Shown piece by piece: positions 26,996 to 36,588 of a stretch of 52,902 nucleotides of DNA. The notes under the pieces are model-generated. The model was not told where the DNA came from. It saw nothing but the letters and a program-made list of their open reading frames with translations, and ran no database searches. The stretch lies in assembly GCA_964410475.1 (NCBI GenBank), contig CAYPGH010000001.1:1-52902 (forward strand). The letters are read 5' to 3'. The position numbers and the translations under genes are program-made. The stretch comes from an uncultured Candidatus Saccharibacteria bacterium. Lineage in GTDB: Bacteria > Patescibacteriota > Minisyncoccia > Phycocordibacterales > UBA2100. Position 1 is the first letter of the stretch; each line of letters opens with the position of its first letter.

Positions 26996-28534
26996 TTAGG
27001 CGCTGTCCGAAGAATCTTTAGGCCGTACCAATATATTTCCTAGTACAGACATGACGACGAGCTTCAGAGTCGAATATGGACCGCGCTTAAGCACGAGGCC
27101 GAAAAGCGTGATCGTGAGAGCATAGACACTTCCTGCAAGTGCGAACAGGAGGATGTACCCTAGTGTCGTATTGAAGAACGAATAGTCGAGTAGGTATAGC
27201 GCTCCTTCAATCGGTAGCGCGGAGGCTAGTGCGACTATTACTACCGTCCAGGTGATGCGGTAAAGGTTGATGGGGATTCTTGTTAAGATGAAGTAAACGG
27301 TTATTGATGCCGCCGCGAGAACTCCAAAGAGGGCGGCGTATGATGCTCCTAAAATGCCCCACGTTGGCACGAGAAGAAAGAATCCAGAGAGCGTGACGGC
27401 AGTATAAATTAGTCCGACAGCGAATTGTATACGCGGCTTGCCGATGCCGTTGAATACGGCGGATGCGAGGATAACGGTAAGTGCGTTAATCGTTGCGGCG
27501 ACGGTCAGTACTTTGAGTGACGGTGTGAGGGGCGTCCAATTTGGGCCGAGGAGAACAAGAACGAGACGGTTACCTGCGAAAACAATCGCCAGAACGTAAG
27601 GGAGTCCGATGGCAAAAAGGATCTCGAACGTTTTACTTATTCCTTCTCCTATGTGCGGCAGTGAGTCTCGCACATGCAGATACGACGAGAAACTTACTTT
27701 ATTGATACTGCTGATTATCGGCGAAGTCGCAAGCATTGCGAGAGATTTAGCTTTGCCGAAGAGGCCTAGGTCTGCAGGTGTCATGAAGCGACCTATCACA
27801 GAATCTCCGACGGTGCGTTCGAGCTGAGCCATCATCTCCTGGCCGAACAGCCACTGGCTGAAGGAGCGAAGGTCCTCAAGTTTTCTGAACGCGAAGTCCA
27901 GACTCGGTCGGTATGGGTGAAGTGCATAAGTTATGGCCGCTCCTGCCACTGCCGAAACGACGGTAGCGAGGAAGATCGCCCAGAATGAGTGCAGAATAAT
28001 AGCGAGACTTATCGCGGTTACGGAGTAGACAATTTTCTGAAAGACATCTCGGTAGAAGATTTTTTTGAAGTCGAAATTTAGGAAGAAATAACCTTGGCCG
28101 ATGTTTGTTAGGTTCTGGGCGAAGACGACGAGACCCGCCATGTACAGAGCTGGTAGTGCATATTCGATATGGAAGAAGTCTGCAACAAATGGTGCCGCTA
28201 TGAATGATATTAAAAGTATTACAAGCGTTCGTAGGATGTTGAATGTCCATATCACGTCTAAATATGGCCGCATGCCCTCCTTTTTTTGCAGGGCGGATGT
28301 CTCGAATGCGAACGAAGTTATTCCATCTATGAACGTTGGCACAAGGGCAATAAGCACCGCGACACCGAAATCTTGAGGTAAAAGGATACGTGCTAGAACG
28401 AGGAAGGTTCCGATTGTAATAAGCTGCTGCGCGAACATGTTGATGAATTGCCATTGTCCCGCTGCTAGGGAAAGACGTAGCACATCTCGATTTTCCGTAT
28501 TGACCTGAGTTGTGTTCGGTCCCATGGATATCAT
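26996..28534 (-). CDS. wzx: Oligosaccharide flippase (Wzx / MOP superfamily polysaccharide biosynthesis protein)
   Basis: 512 aa with about 12-14 TM segments, and an N-terminal region typical of Polysacc_synt proteins. The symbol denotes the family only. Confidence 0.75.
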   Translation of the reverse strand: MISMGPNTTQVNTENRDVLRLSLAAGQWQFINMFAQQLITIGTFLVLARILLPQDFGVAVLIALVPTFIDGITSFAFETSALQKKEGMRPYLDVIWTFNILRTLVILLISFIAAPFVADFFHIEYALPALYMAGLVVFAQNLTNIGQGYFFLNFDFKKIFYRDVFQKIVYSVTAISLAIILHSFWAIFLATVVSAVAGAAITYALHPYRPSLDFAFRKLEDLRSFSQWLFGQEMMAQLERTVGDSVIGRFMTPADLGLFGKAKSLAMLATSPIISSINKVSFSSYLHVRDSLPHIGEGISKTFEILFAIGLPYVLAIVFAGNRLVLVLLGPNWTPLTPSLKVLTVAATINALTVILASAVFNGIGKPRIQFAVGLIYTAVTLSGFFLLVPTWGILGASYAALFGVLAAASITVYFILTRIPINLYRITWTVVIVALASALPIEGALYLLDYSFFNTTLGYILLFALAGSVYALTITLFGLVLKRGPYSTLKLVVMSVLGNILVRPKDSSDSA

Positions 28535-30078
28535 GTATGCGAAGTGTGTAGGATTTTATCGGCTAGCAAGCGCGCAAGGTTACGAATACCACTGTCCGCG
28601 TGCACCTCTTCGGAGGATGCTCCCTTGTTCCACAGGGCGCTGAAATCTACCGCCACAGAATCCTCGAGTAGCGCGCTCATGTATGCAATTAGAGTCTCCT
28701 CATCATGCCGCCATTCCTCGAGTTGCCTCTTTACGATGAATGGAAGGTTTTCAATGCTTTGGCAACGCTCCACGCCGGGGATGTCGTTAAAGAACACGTC
28801 TCCAAACGTGATCACAGGTTTCTTTAGAAGAACGCTTTCCCACGCGTTTGTACTAGTGATCGTGATAGTAAGCGAGGAGTGCGCGGCGAGATCAAGACCG
28901 GAGACACTCGGCGACATGAGTCGGACGTTGGGGATTTGCGTGAGTTCTCGATAATAGACACGCGTTCGATAGCCCACCATGCCCGGGTGCTCTTTTACGT
29001 ATAGCGGCATGTCAATGGGGAGCGATCGGGCGATCGCACGTATTAGTTCGAGTTGGTTGGTATAGAACGGTGCGTAGAGCATCGTCGCAACTTCTGGATC
29101 TATATGGAGGGGAAAATAGGCGAACTGCTTCTTCATATCGGCTGGGCTGAAGAGGTCGCCTGCGCCTCGAAGTCCACGGATCTTTCGTTTGACCTTGTCC
29201 CACAGGGCCCACCAGAGAAATATATCCGTGTAGTCGGGATCTTTTCTGCGCTTGAAATCCTGCAGGAGCGTTCGAATATGCCAAGGGACACTGCGCGCTA
29301 AGTTCCTTGGTTGCAAGAAGCGTATGTTCGCGAGGCGACCGGTCTGTTTATAGAATTCGGGGACCGCGCTTTCGTCGTAATGCACGGGTGTAGCGCGGAA
29401 TTCCGCGAGGAATCGCTTCGCCTCTTCGTGCATCGGAGAGAGCTGTCCGCTTCGGATCTTCTCGAATTTCTCTCGTACCCACGTGAAGGTGTGATAATTC
29501 TCCGAGAAAACGATTCGGTTGCCGATGCGCGCGAATTCGATTTGTATTGTTTGTATACCACGCTTCTTTGCGATGTGGTGTAGGAGCATTGAACCGACAG
29601 AACCGATTACAGAAATGACCACGGCATCCGGTTGCTCTTTGTCGAGGAACGCGATCACTGCTTTCGCAGTGACCTGAAGCCGTCTTAGCATGTCTTCGTG
29701 CGAGAGAGATGGTGCATCGAAGGGGTATTCACGTACTAGCTGTCCGTTCATAATTACGCGGTCGATATATAGATACGGCCAGAGATTGGGGATTCCATAT
29801 TCATTCTCGAGCCAGCGAAGGTACTTCATATCAAGCTCTTCCGAGTACAGTTTTTTGTGAACGTCCTCTTCAAGCAAGAGTGACGTATAGGCGATATCTC
29901 TCTGTGCTTCAAGAAAACGCAGGCTCGAGCGTTGGCCGATGAGCGCACAAAACTCCATCTTGGGGTCAAAGGTTTTCAAATGGCGTGCCATAGCATGCCC
30001 GATGTAGGCGAAGCGACGTTGTAGGACAAAGCAGGTCTTTCTTGGTCGTGTCATATTAAAGAATAGAGTAAAAAGCAT
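28531..30078 (-). CDS. Capsule polysaccharide biosynthesis protein family (KpsS/KpsC-like, PF05159-type)
   Basis: Contains FAYFPLHIDPEVATMLYAP and LYVKEHPGMVGYR, which resemble the conserved PLQ...D and K-x-HP blocks of this family. Confidence 0.6.
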   Translation of the reverse strand: MLFTLFFNMTRPRKTCFVLQRRFAYIGHAMARHLKTFDPKMEFCALIGQRSSLRFLEAQRDIAYTSLLLEEDVHKKLYSEELDMKYLRWLENEYGIPNLWPYLYIDRVIMNGQLVREYPFDAPSLSHEDMLRRLQVTAKAVIAFLDKEQPDAVVISVIGSVGSMLLHHIAKKRGIQTIQIEFARIGNRIVFSENYHTFTWVREKFEKIRSGQLSPMHEEAKRFLAEFRATPVHYDESAVPEFYKQTGRLANIRFLQPRNLARSVPWHIRTLLQDFKRRKDPDYTDIFLWWALWDKVKRKIRGLRGAGDLFSPADMKKQFAYFPLHIDPEVATMLYAPFYTNQLELIRAIARSLPIDMPLYVKEHPGMVGYRTRVYYRELTQIPNVRLMSPSVSGLDLAAHSSLTITITSTNAWESVLLKKPVITFGDVFFNDIPGVERCQSIENLPFIVKRQLEEWRHDEETLIAYMSALLEDSVAVDFSALWNKGASSEEVHADSGIRNLARLLADKILHTSHT

Positions 30079-30195
30079 TAGGCAATATACCGAGGTGAGT
30101 TACGAGACAATAGTAACGAAATTACACGTGTCTGTAAATTCGGCTCAAAAGCGTCTTTTCGCACGCACTACACTTCTGTATACTGATGTGCACGT

Positions 30196-31410
30196 ATGAC
30201 ACGCAGACGACCGCAGCCACTTTTCCCTCATTTGCAATATTGCACGCGCTGCTGTGTTCCGGAGACACAGGAAGGTATCAGGTTTGACGAAATGAGTATC
30301 TGCCAGGCATGCCAATCCTCGGAACAAAAGATTCATATCAATTGGGTGGAGCGGGAAGGTCAGCTTCGAAAGATATGTGATGAGGCTAAAGCGAAGGCGG
30401 GCGATAACTACGATTGCATTATTCCGATATCGGGCGGGAAAGACAGTGCATATCAATTGCACGTTCTAACAAAAATATATGGCATGAAGCCACTTGCGGT
30501 TACTCATAGTCATAATTGGTGGAGCGAGAGCGGGTGGTACAACCTCCAGAATACTCTGGAGACTTTTAACGTAGACCATATCGTATTCACTCCGAATAGG
30601 GGGCTCATAAATCGATTGGCAAAGAAATCCGTCGAAATGATCGGCGACGTGAGCTGGCACGATCATTCGGGAATCGGCTCCGTCCCGATCGGAATTGCGG
30701 TGCGCTTCAAGATTCCTCTTCTCGTCTGGGGGGAATCGCTCGCGGAGAATTCTGGAAGAGCGACCTATGAAGATCCCGTGCACAAGTGGGACAGGGAATA
30801 TCACCTTAAACAATCGGCGAAAAAGGATGCTGATCAGATGGTGGGCGAGACGCTTTCTTCGCGCGACCTCTATCCGTACATCGTTCCTTCAGAAGAGGAG
30901 ATGAAATCGGTAGGAGTGTGGGGAATACACTTGGGCGATTATATTTTTTGGGATGATGAGCGTCAGACGGAATTTTTGCGCGATACGTACGGGTGGAAAG
31001 AAACGGAAATGGAAAACACCTACAAGCGCTACAAGAGTGTCGAAGACATTATGTCGGGTATGCACGATTTCACCTGCTACCTCAAGCGCGGTTTTAGCCG
31101 TACGACCGAGCAAGCATCGATTGATGTGAGGAACGGCCTCTTGACGCGCGACGAAGCTTTTGCGCTCATCAGAGAGCATGAGTCCGAGCGGCCTGAAGCG
31201 CTTGATTACTATCTGAAAATTACTGATTCGACAGAAGAAGAATTCTATGAGGCCATGAAGAAATTGCGTTTGCCACAGATGAAGGATGTCGACATTCCGG
31301 TAAAGCAGAAAAATCACAAGAACGAAGAGAGACTTGTTCCGTTTCCCGAACAGCTCATTCAGAAATTCAATAAAACCGATTCTAAACGCAAGTATCTCGA
31401 TGAAATATGA
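30196..31410 (+). CDS. N-acetyl sugar amidotransferase (WbpG/PseA-like PP-loop enzyme)
   Basis: Contains YCTRCCVPETQEGIRFDEMSICQACQ (Zn-ribbon) followed by ISGGKDSAYQLHVL (PP-loop). Confidence 0.8.
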   Translation: MTRRRPQPLFPHLQYCTRCCVPETQEGIRFDEMSICQACQSSEQKIHINWVEREGQLRKICDEAKAKAGDNYDCIIPISGGKDSAYQLHVLTKIYGMKPLAVTHSHNWWSESGWYNLQNTLETFNVDHIVFTPNRGLINRLAKKSVEMIGDVSWHDHSGIGSVPIGIAVRFKIPLLVWGESLAENSGRATYEDPVHKWDREYHLKQSAKKDADQMVGETLSSRDLYPYIVPSEEEMKSVGVWGIHLGDYIFWDDERQTEFLRDTYGWKETEMENTYKRYKSVEDIMSGMHDFTCYLKRGFSRTTEQASIDVRNGLLTRDEAFALIREHESERPEALDYYLKITDSTEEEFYEAMKKLRLPQMKDVDIPVKQKNHKNEERLVPFPEQLIQKFNKTDSKRKYLDEI

Positions 31411-31534
31411 ACCTCGTTAGAGACCGCAGTCACACAAAATACACACTACAATGGTACATTCACTTTTCTATTTCACAAATTATATGAGTGACAATAACAA
31501 TACACGACCGCGACCTGTCTCTAACGGGGTGAAC
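31407..31534 (+). repeat. Long-stem element (LSE) copy F (plus-strand sense)
   Basis: ATGAACCTCGTTAGAGACCGCAG ... CGACCGCGACCTGTCTCTAACGGGGTGAAC. The stem 31411-31424 with 31517-30 is 14 bp including one G-U pair. The element fills the whole gap between the amidotransferase TGA and the GTG at 31529. Confidence 0.8.
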
Positions 31535-32881
31535 AAGTTATTTTTTGATAATTCGATTGGTCGTATCATCGAAAAAATACGCGCTAAGGAAATATCCACG
31601 TCAGATGTATTAAACGCATCGATAGAGAACATAAAAGAGTTTGACCCGAAATATTTTGCGTGGGTCACATATCGAGATTCGAAGTGGAAAGCCCCAGAAT
31701 CGCGCGCGCCTATGGACGGCCCCGTTTTAGCATCACGGTTTCTTGATGGAATCCCGGTTGGCATCAAGGATATATACAACACGTATGATTTTCCAACTGA
31801 GATGGGAAGTCCCCTGTGGAAAGGGTTCACCCCAGGGAATGACGCACGTGCGGTTTTCAATCTTAAGCGGCAAGGCGCCATTGTAGTCGGCAAAACGGTA
31901 ACGGCAGAATTTGCTGTTCACGCACTCAATAAGACACTCAATCCCCACGACGTGAGCAAAACGCCGGGCACGTCTTCAAGCGGCTCGGCGGTCGCGCTCG
32001 CGCTCGGCATGGTGCCGATAGCTGTTGGGTCACAAACTGCCGGCTCAATCGTACGCCCAGCCAGTTTTTGCGGTGTGTACGGATGCAAACCATCGTTCGG
32101 CACTATCCCACGCACTGGGACTTTGAAGACTACTGACAGTTTGGATACTCTCGGATTCCTGGTTATTCATCAAGAAGATTTACGACGCGGGTTCGATTCG
32201 ATGCGTGTTTCGGGATTGGATTATCCGATTAGTAATTCAGTGCTTTGCGACGAGTCGCGGCAAAAGAGACCTTCCGGTAGGCCGTGGCGCGTGGGATTTG
32301 CAAAAACACATACGTGGAAGGACGCTCCCAAATATGCAAAGGACGCGATAGAAGGATACGTCAAGAAACTAGCGGTCGAGAAAGATATTGACATTACAGA
32401 AGCGGAACTACCCACACAATTACAGCGTGCACATACTATTCATGAGACGATCTACAACAAAGCGCTGTCGTACTACTTTAAAGGCGAGCACAAACAATCA
32501 GATTTCGTCTCGCCGATTATGAACGAGCTTATCGCAAAAGGGAGCTCGATTGAACTCGATGTATATGCAAAAGCGACTGATGATCAGATGGAGCTTATCC
32601 ACGACATGGACGACTTCTTTTCTGGTTACGATATTCTCATTTCTTTGAGTACCGCGGGCGAAGCGCCTCCGCGTGATATTGCTGAATTACCTGATCCCGC
32701 TCTTATGTGGACACTCGCGCACCTTCCTGTCGTCGCGGTGCCGCAATTCAAATCTCCGAGCGGATTACCGTTTGGCATGCAGGTCGTCGCCAGAAAATAC
32801 AATGACTATCTACTGTTTGATTTTCTTGATAATCTTGCCGCAAGAGATCTCATTTCTAAAACGGGTGTACATATTGTATGA
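31529..32881 (+). CDS. Amidase-signature family enzyme (GatA-like amidase)
   Basis: ORF 31451..32881. Contains GIPVGIKD and GTSSSGSAVALALG (amidase signature). I propose the GTG start at 31529, by analogy with the other LSE-flanked starts. ATG 31484 or 31451 remain possible. Confidence 0.7.
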   Translation: MNKLFFDNSIGRIIEKIRAKEISTSDVLNASIENIKEFDPKYFAWVTYRDSKWKAPESRAPMDGPVLASRFLDGIPVGIKDIYNTYDFPTEMGSPLWKGFTPGNDARAVFNLKRQGAIVVGKTVTAEFAVHALNKTLNPHDVSKTPGTSSSGSAVALALGMVPIAVGSQTAGSIVRPASFCGVYGCKPSFGTIPRTGTLKTTDSLDTLGFLVIHQEDLRRGFDSMRVSGLDYPISNSVLCDESRQKRPSGRPWRVGFAKTHTWKDAPKYAKDAIEGYVKKLAVEKDIDITEAELPTQLQRAHTIHETIYNKALSYYFKGEHKQSDFVSPIMNELIAKGSSIELDVYAKATDDQMELIHDMDDFFSGYDILISLSTAGEAPPRDIAELPDPALMWTLAHLPVVAVPQFKSPSGLPFGMQVVARKYNDYLLFDFLDNLAARDLISKTGVHIV

Positions 32882-33822
32882 CGGAAAAATATCGTGTCGG
32901 TATAATCGGAGCTGGACGAATCGGCTCTTCATTTGATGCACCAGATTCCGAACACGTGCTCACACATGCGCATGCTTTTTCTCGCAATCCAAAATGCGAG
33001 CTCGCAGGAATCATGGATGTTGATTCTGAACAGGGGAAAAAAGAAGCAAAGAAATGGGAAACTGAATTTTTTCCTGACATTGAGTCGCTGTTCTCATCAA
33101 CGAAGCCCGACATCGTCGTCATCGCGACACCGGACGACACGCATGCTGAATTGCTGCTGACTGTGGCAGATAAAGGAGCACGTCTCATTATTTGTGAGAA
33201 GCCTGTATCAGCAAGTAGAGATCAATCCGAGCAGTTGCGCGGCTTTCATGGAGTGCCCGTTATTGTAAATTTTCGCAGACGTTTTGATGATGATGTGCAG
33301 TCCCTCGCAGAAGACATTAAGAGTGGGACATACGGCGCTGTTATCTCTGCGACAGCGATCTACTCGAAGGGTACGTTGCACAACGGTTCGCATATAATTG
33401 ATCTCGCGCGGTTTCTTTTTGGCGAGTTGAAAACAGGCGTGCCACTTTCCCGCATACAGGATTGGGATGGCGAACCCACGGTAAGCGCGTTCATCAGTTT
33501 CGAACGTTGTCCGCGATTTTACTTAACGACAGGCGACGAGCGTGCGTACTCGGTGTTCGAACTTGATATTCTCACGGAGAAAAAAAGATTTCACTTCTCT
33601 GACGAAGGCATGACGCTCTCGACACAGGAAGTCATAGACGACCCGCTCTATAAAGGATTTCGCATATTGGGAGAAAGCACGGTACAAAAGACGAATCTCA
33701 TTCATGCGATGGAAAATATTGCGGAGCATGCTGTACGCGTTCTTGATGGGAGCGAAGAGTCGCGTGCAACTTTGGAGAATGCACTTAAAACACAAGATGC
33801 GTGTTTTCGGTTATTGGAGTAG
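32878..33822 (+). CDS. Gfo/Idh/MocA family NAD(P)-dependent oxidoreductase (WbpB-like candidate)
   Basis: Contains YRVGIIGAGRIG, IVVIATPDDTHAELL, LIICEKP. Confidence 0.8.
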   Translation: MTEKYRVGIIGAGRIGSSFDAPDSEHVLTHAHAFSRNPKCELAGIMDVDSEQGKKEAKKWETEFFPDIESLFSSTKPDIVVIATPDDTHAELLLTVADKGARLIICEKPVSASRDQSEQLRGFHGVPVIVNFRRRFDDDVQSLAEDIKSGTYGAVISATAIYSKGTLHNGSHIIDLARFLFGELKTGVPLSRIQDWDGEPTVSAFISFERCPRFYLTTGDERAYSVFELDILTEKKRFHFSDEGMTLSTQEVIDDPLYKGFRILGESTVQKTNLIHAMENIAEHAVRVLDGSEESRATLENALKTQDACFRLLE

Positions 33823-33831
33823 CATACAGCT

Positions 33832-35142
33832 ATGGCAAAGCTTGCGATAAAGGGTGGAAAGCCGGTGCGGGAGCAATCAGACGTATTTCCAGCATACAAC
33901 ACGATTGGGGAAGAAGAGACTGAGGCAGTTCTGCGCGTCATGAAGACGGGCGCACTATCGAAATATATAGGCGGATGGTGCCCGCAATTTTTCGGAGGCC
34001 CCGAAATCCAGGCCTTCGAAAAAGAGTGGGCTACGAAATTTGGTGTTAAACATGCGGTTGCCATGAATTCGGCCTCATCGGGCCTCATTGCGGCGCTTGG
34101 CGCGATCGGCATAGAACCGGGCGATGAAGTAATCGTTTCTCCGTACTCGATGTGTATTTCGGCGACAGCTCCGCTTTTTTACGGCGCAGTGCCCGTCTTT
34201 GCCGATATAGAGCCGGACTATTTCTGCATCGATCCTGTTTCAGTCGAAAAACTTATAACACCACGCACGAAGGCCATAATTCCAGTAGATATTTTGGGTC
34301 AGTCGCATGACGTGGACGCTATTAACGCGATTGCACAGAAGCACGGACTTAAAGTGATTGTAGACGCGGCGCAAGCGCCCGGTGCTCTCTATAAAGGCAA
34401 GCACGCGGGAACTCTCTCTGACATCGGCGTCTACTCGCTCAACTTCCACAAGCATATACACACTGGCGAGGGAACAGTCGTTGTGACGGACGACGATTCG
34501 CTCGCCGAACGCTTACAGCTTATTCGCAATCATGCCGAGGTTGTAGTAGAAGACAAGGGGGTGAGTGACCTCACTAACATGGTTGGATACAACTTCCGAA
34601 TGCTCGAATTACAGGCTGCGATAGGTCGTGAGCAGCTCAAGAAACTCGATGCGCTTATCGCCGAGCGCCAGAAAAACTGTGAATACATCGCGGAGGGTTG
34701 TCGAGATATGCCTGGCATTCATCCAGTCTCGGTGCGCGAGGAGTGTACCTCCGTCTATTACCAGCACTGTTTTCTCTATGATGAGAATGTCGTTGGGATC
34801 CCGCGTGAGAAATTCATCGTCGCACTTCAGAAGGAACTTCCGCCGACGGAGCTGCAGGAGGAAGAAGGCACGCTCATTTGGGACGGCTACGCTAAGCCCA
34901 TTTATCTAATCGCACTGTTTCAAAAACAAATCGCAATCGGCTCCAAGGGATATCCATTTAATTCTCCTTATTACAAAGGAACGCCAAACTATTCAAAAGG
35001 AATTTGCCCTGTCGTGGAGAAATTGTATGAGAAAGAAGTCATCTCACACGATCTTATGCGCCCTGGTATGACGTCAAAAGATCTCGACGATGTCATAGAG
35101 GCATTTCACAAAGTGTACAATAATCGCAACGAGCTGAAATAA
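33832..35142 (+). CDS. DegT/DnrJ/EryC1/StrS family sugar aminotransferase
   Basis: Contains FEKEWATKFGVKHAVAMNSASSGL, and YSLNFHKHIHTGEG with the PLP lysine present. Confidence 0.85.
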   Translation: MAKLAIKGGKPVREQSDVFPAYNTIGEEETEAVLRVMKTGALSKYIGGWCPQFFGGPEIQAFEKEWATKFGVKHAVAMNSASSGLIAALGAIGIEPGDEVIVSPYSMCISATAPLFYGAVPVFADIEPDYFCIDPVSVEKLITPRTKAIIPVDILGQSHDVDAINAIAQKHGLKVIVDAAQAPGALYKGKHAGTLSDIGVYSLNFHKHIHTGEGTVVVTDDDSLAERLQLIRNHAEVVVEDKGVSDLTNMVGYNFRMLELQAAIGREQLKKLDALIAERQKNCEYIAEGCRDMPGIHPVSVREECTSVYYQHCFLYDENVVGIPREKFIVALQKELPPTELQEEEGTLIWDGYAKPIYLIALFQKQIAIGSKGYPFNSPYYKGTPNYSKGICPVVEKLYEKEVISHDLMRPGMTSKDLDDVIEAFHKVYNNRNELK

Positions 35143-35147
35143 TACGT

Positions 35148-35702
35148 ATGAAGAATCCCTTTTTAATCGGAGAGACTGTCTACTTGCGCACTATTGATGA
35201 GGAAGACCTTAATGCAAACTATCGCGAGTGGCTCAACGATGAAGAAGTGTGTCGTTATAATTCGCATCATCGTTTTCCAAACTACGATGAGAACATGCGC
35301 GATTACTACGAACGCGTGATAAAGTCGCGTGAGAATTTGGTGCTCGCGATTTGTGACAAGAAGACAGACGCACACATCGGCAATATCGCACTTGAGAATA
35401 TCGATACACTCAACCAATCCGCAGAACTGGCCATTTTGATCGGGGATAAATCGGCGTGGGGAAAAGGGTTTGGCACTGATGCGGTACGACTTCTCATCAG
35501 TCACGGATTCAAAGAATTAAATCTGCATAGAATATATTGCGGTACTTCCGAGGACAACAAGGGAATGCAGAAGCTTGCATTATCGCTTGGTTTTACCGAA
35601 GAAGGGCGCGCACGCGATGGAATATTTAAAAGAGGATCCTTCAAGAATGTCATTTACTATAGTTTGATTCGCGATGAATTCGAAACTGGCAAGAAGGCCT
35701 AA
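35148..35702 (+). CDS. GNAT family N-acetyltransferase (RimJ/RimL/PseH-like)
   Basis: 184 aa. Contains IGNIALENID...AELAILIGDKSAWGKGFGTDA. Confidence 0.8.
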   Translation: MKNPFLIGETVYLRTIDEEDLNANYREWLNDEEVCRYNSHHRFPNYDENMRDYYERVIKSRENLVLAICDKKTDAHIGNIALENIDTLNQSAELAILIGDKSAWGKGFGTDAVRLLISHGFKELNLHRIYCGTSEDNKGMQKLALSLGFTEEGRARDGIFKRGSFKNVIYYSLIRDEFETGKKA

Positions 35703-36588
35703 AGTGCTTGTGACGGCACACGACGCGGGTGGGGGCGAGATACTCGCAGCATACATTCGTGCCAACCCGAAGAGCGATTATATCGTGTACGCAGCGGGGC
35801 CTGCGTGGGAAATATTCAAGCGTGAGCGAATTCCTAGTCGCTTGATTATTGAATCTCGGAGTCGGATTAGAACGATAATTGCTCGCCACAGAGACGCCGC
35901 GTTCCTGCTGGTAGGGGCGCGATGGTATACGCATATTGAGAGCATGGCACTTGATGAGGCAAAAAGACTCGGCATTCACTCCGTTGTGTACCTAGACTCC
36001 TGGGTGAACTTTCGCGAGCGGTTTTTCTATCCCCAAACGGACTGGAAGAAGAACTTACCGGATGAACTGTGGGTAGGAGATGAATATGCGCAAGCGCTCG
36101 CGCGCAAACTGTTCCCACGTACGCTACGGATAAAACTTGTAAAAAACCAATATTTTTTTGCAGCAATCAAGCGCTATCGAGCCGCCCGGAAGCATGGCAC
36201 GAAAAGCGACCACATACTCTTTTTGAGTGATGTTTCTGATGCGGCGAAACGCGCCCTCGCCGAGACGCTTGCCATTCTTGCGCACCAGAGCCCGCCGCCA
36301 GTCGTACGAGTACGATTTCATCCTGCCGATGATCGGAACCGGTACGATGTGCTACAAAAGAAGTATCCCGCGATTGAGTTTTCTACTGAAAGGGATCTCG
36401 CGCGAGATCTTGCGGGCGCCCGCATGGTAATAGGCGTCGATACGGTGGCGCTCGCGGTAGCAGTTCTCTGCGGGATACAAACACTTTGTATTCTTGAGCC
36501 CGGGGAGCGTATAATGATTCCGTTCAAAGAAATAATCACTATTCGCAGAATATCCCAGCTGCGACGCGCACTCCAGACAGTACTATGA
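35674..36588 (+). CDS. Hypothetical protein (possible GT-B-like/PseG-like hydrolase; unproven)
   Basis: 304-aa ORF translationally linked on both sides. KVLVTAHDAGGGEIL hints at a Rossmann-like N-terminus. No diagnostic motif recognised. Confidence 0.4.
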   Translation: MNSKLARRPKVLVTAHDAGGGEILAAYIRANPKSDYIVYAAGPAWEIFKRERIPSRLIIESRSRIRTIIARHRDAAFLLVGARWYTHIESMALDEAKRLGIHSVVYLDSWVNFRERFFYPQTDWKKNLPDELWVGDEYAQALARKLFPRTLRIKLVKNQYFFAAIKRYRAARKHGTKSDHILFLSDVSDAAKRALAETLAILAHQSPPPVVRVRFHPADDRNRYDVLQKKYPAIEFSTERDLARDLAGARMVIGVDTVALAVAVLCGIQTLCILEPGERIMIPFKEIITIRRISQLRRALQTVL

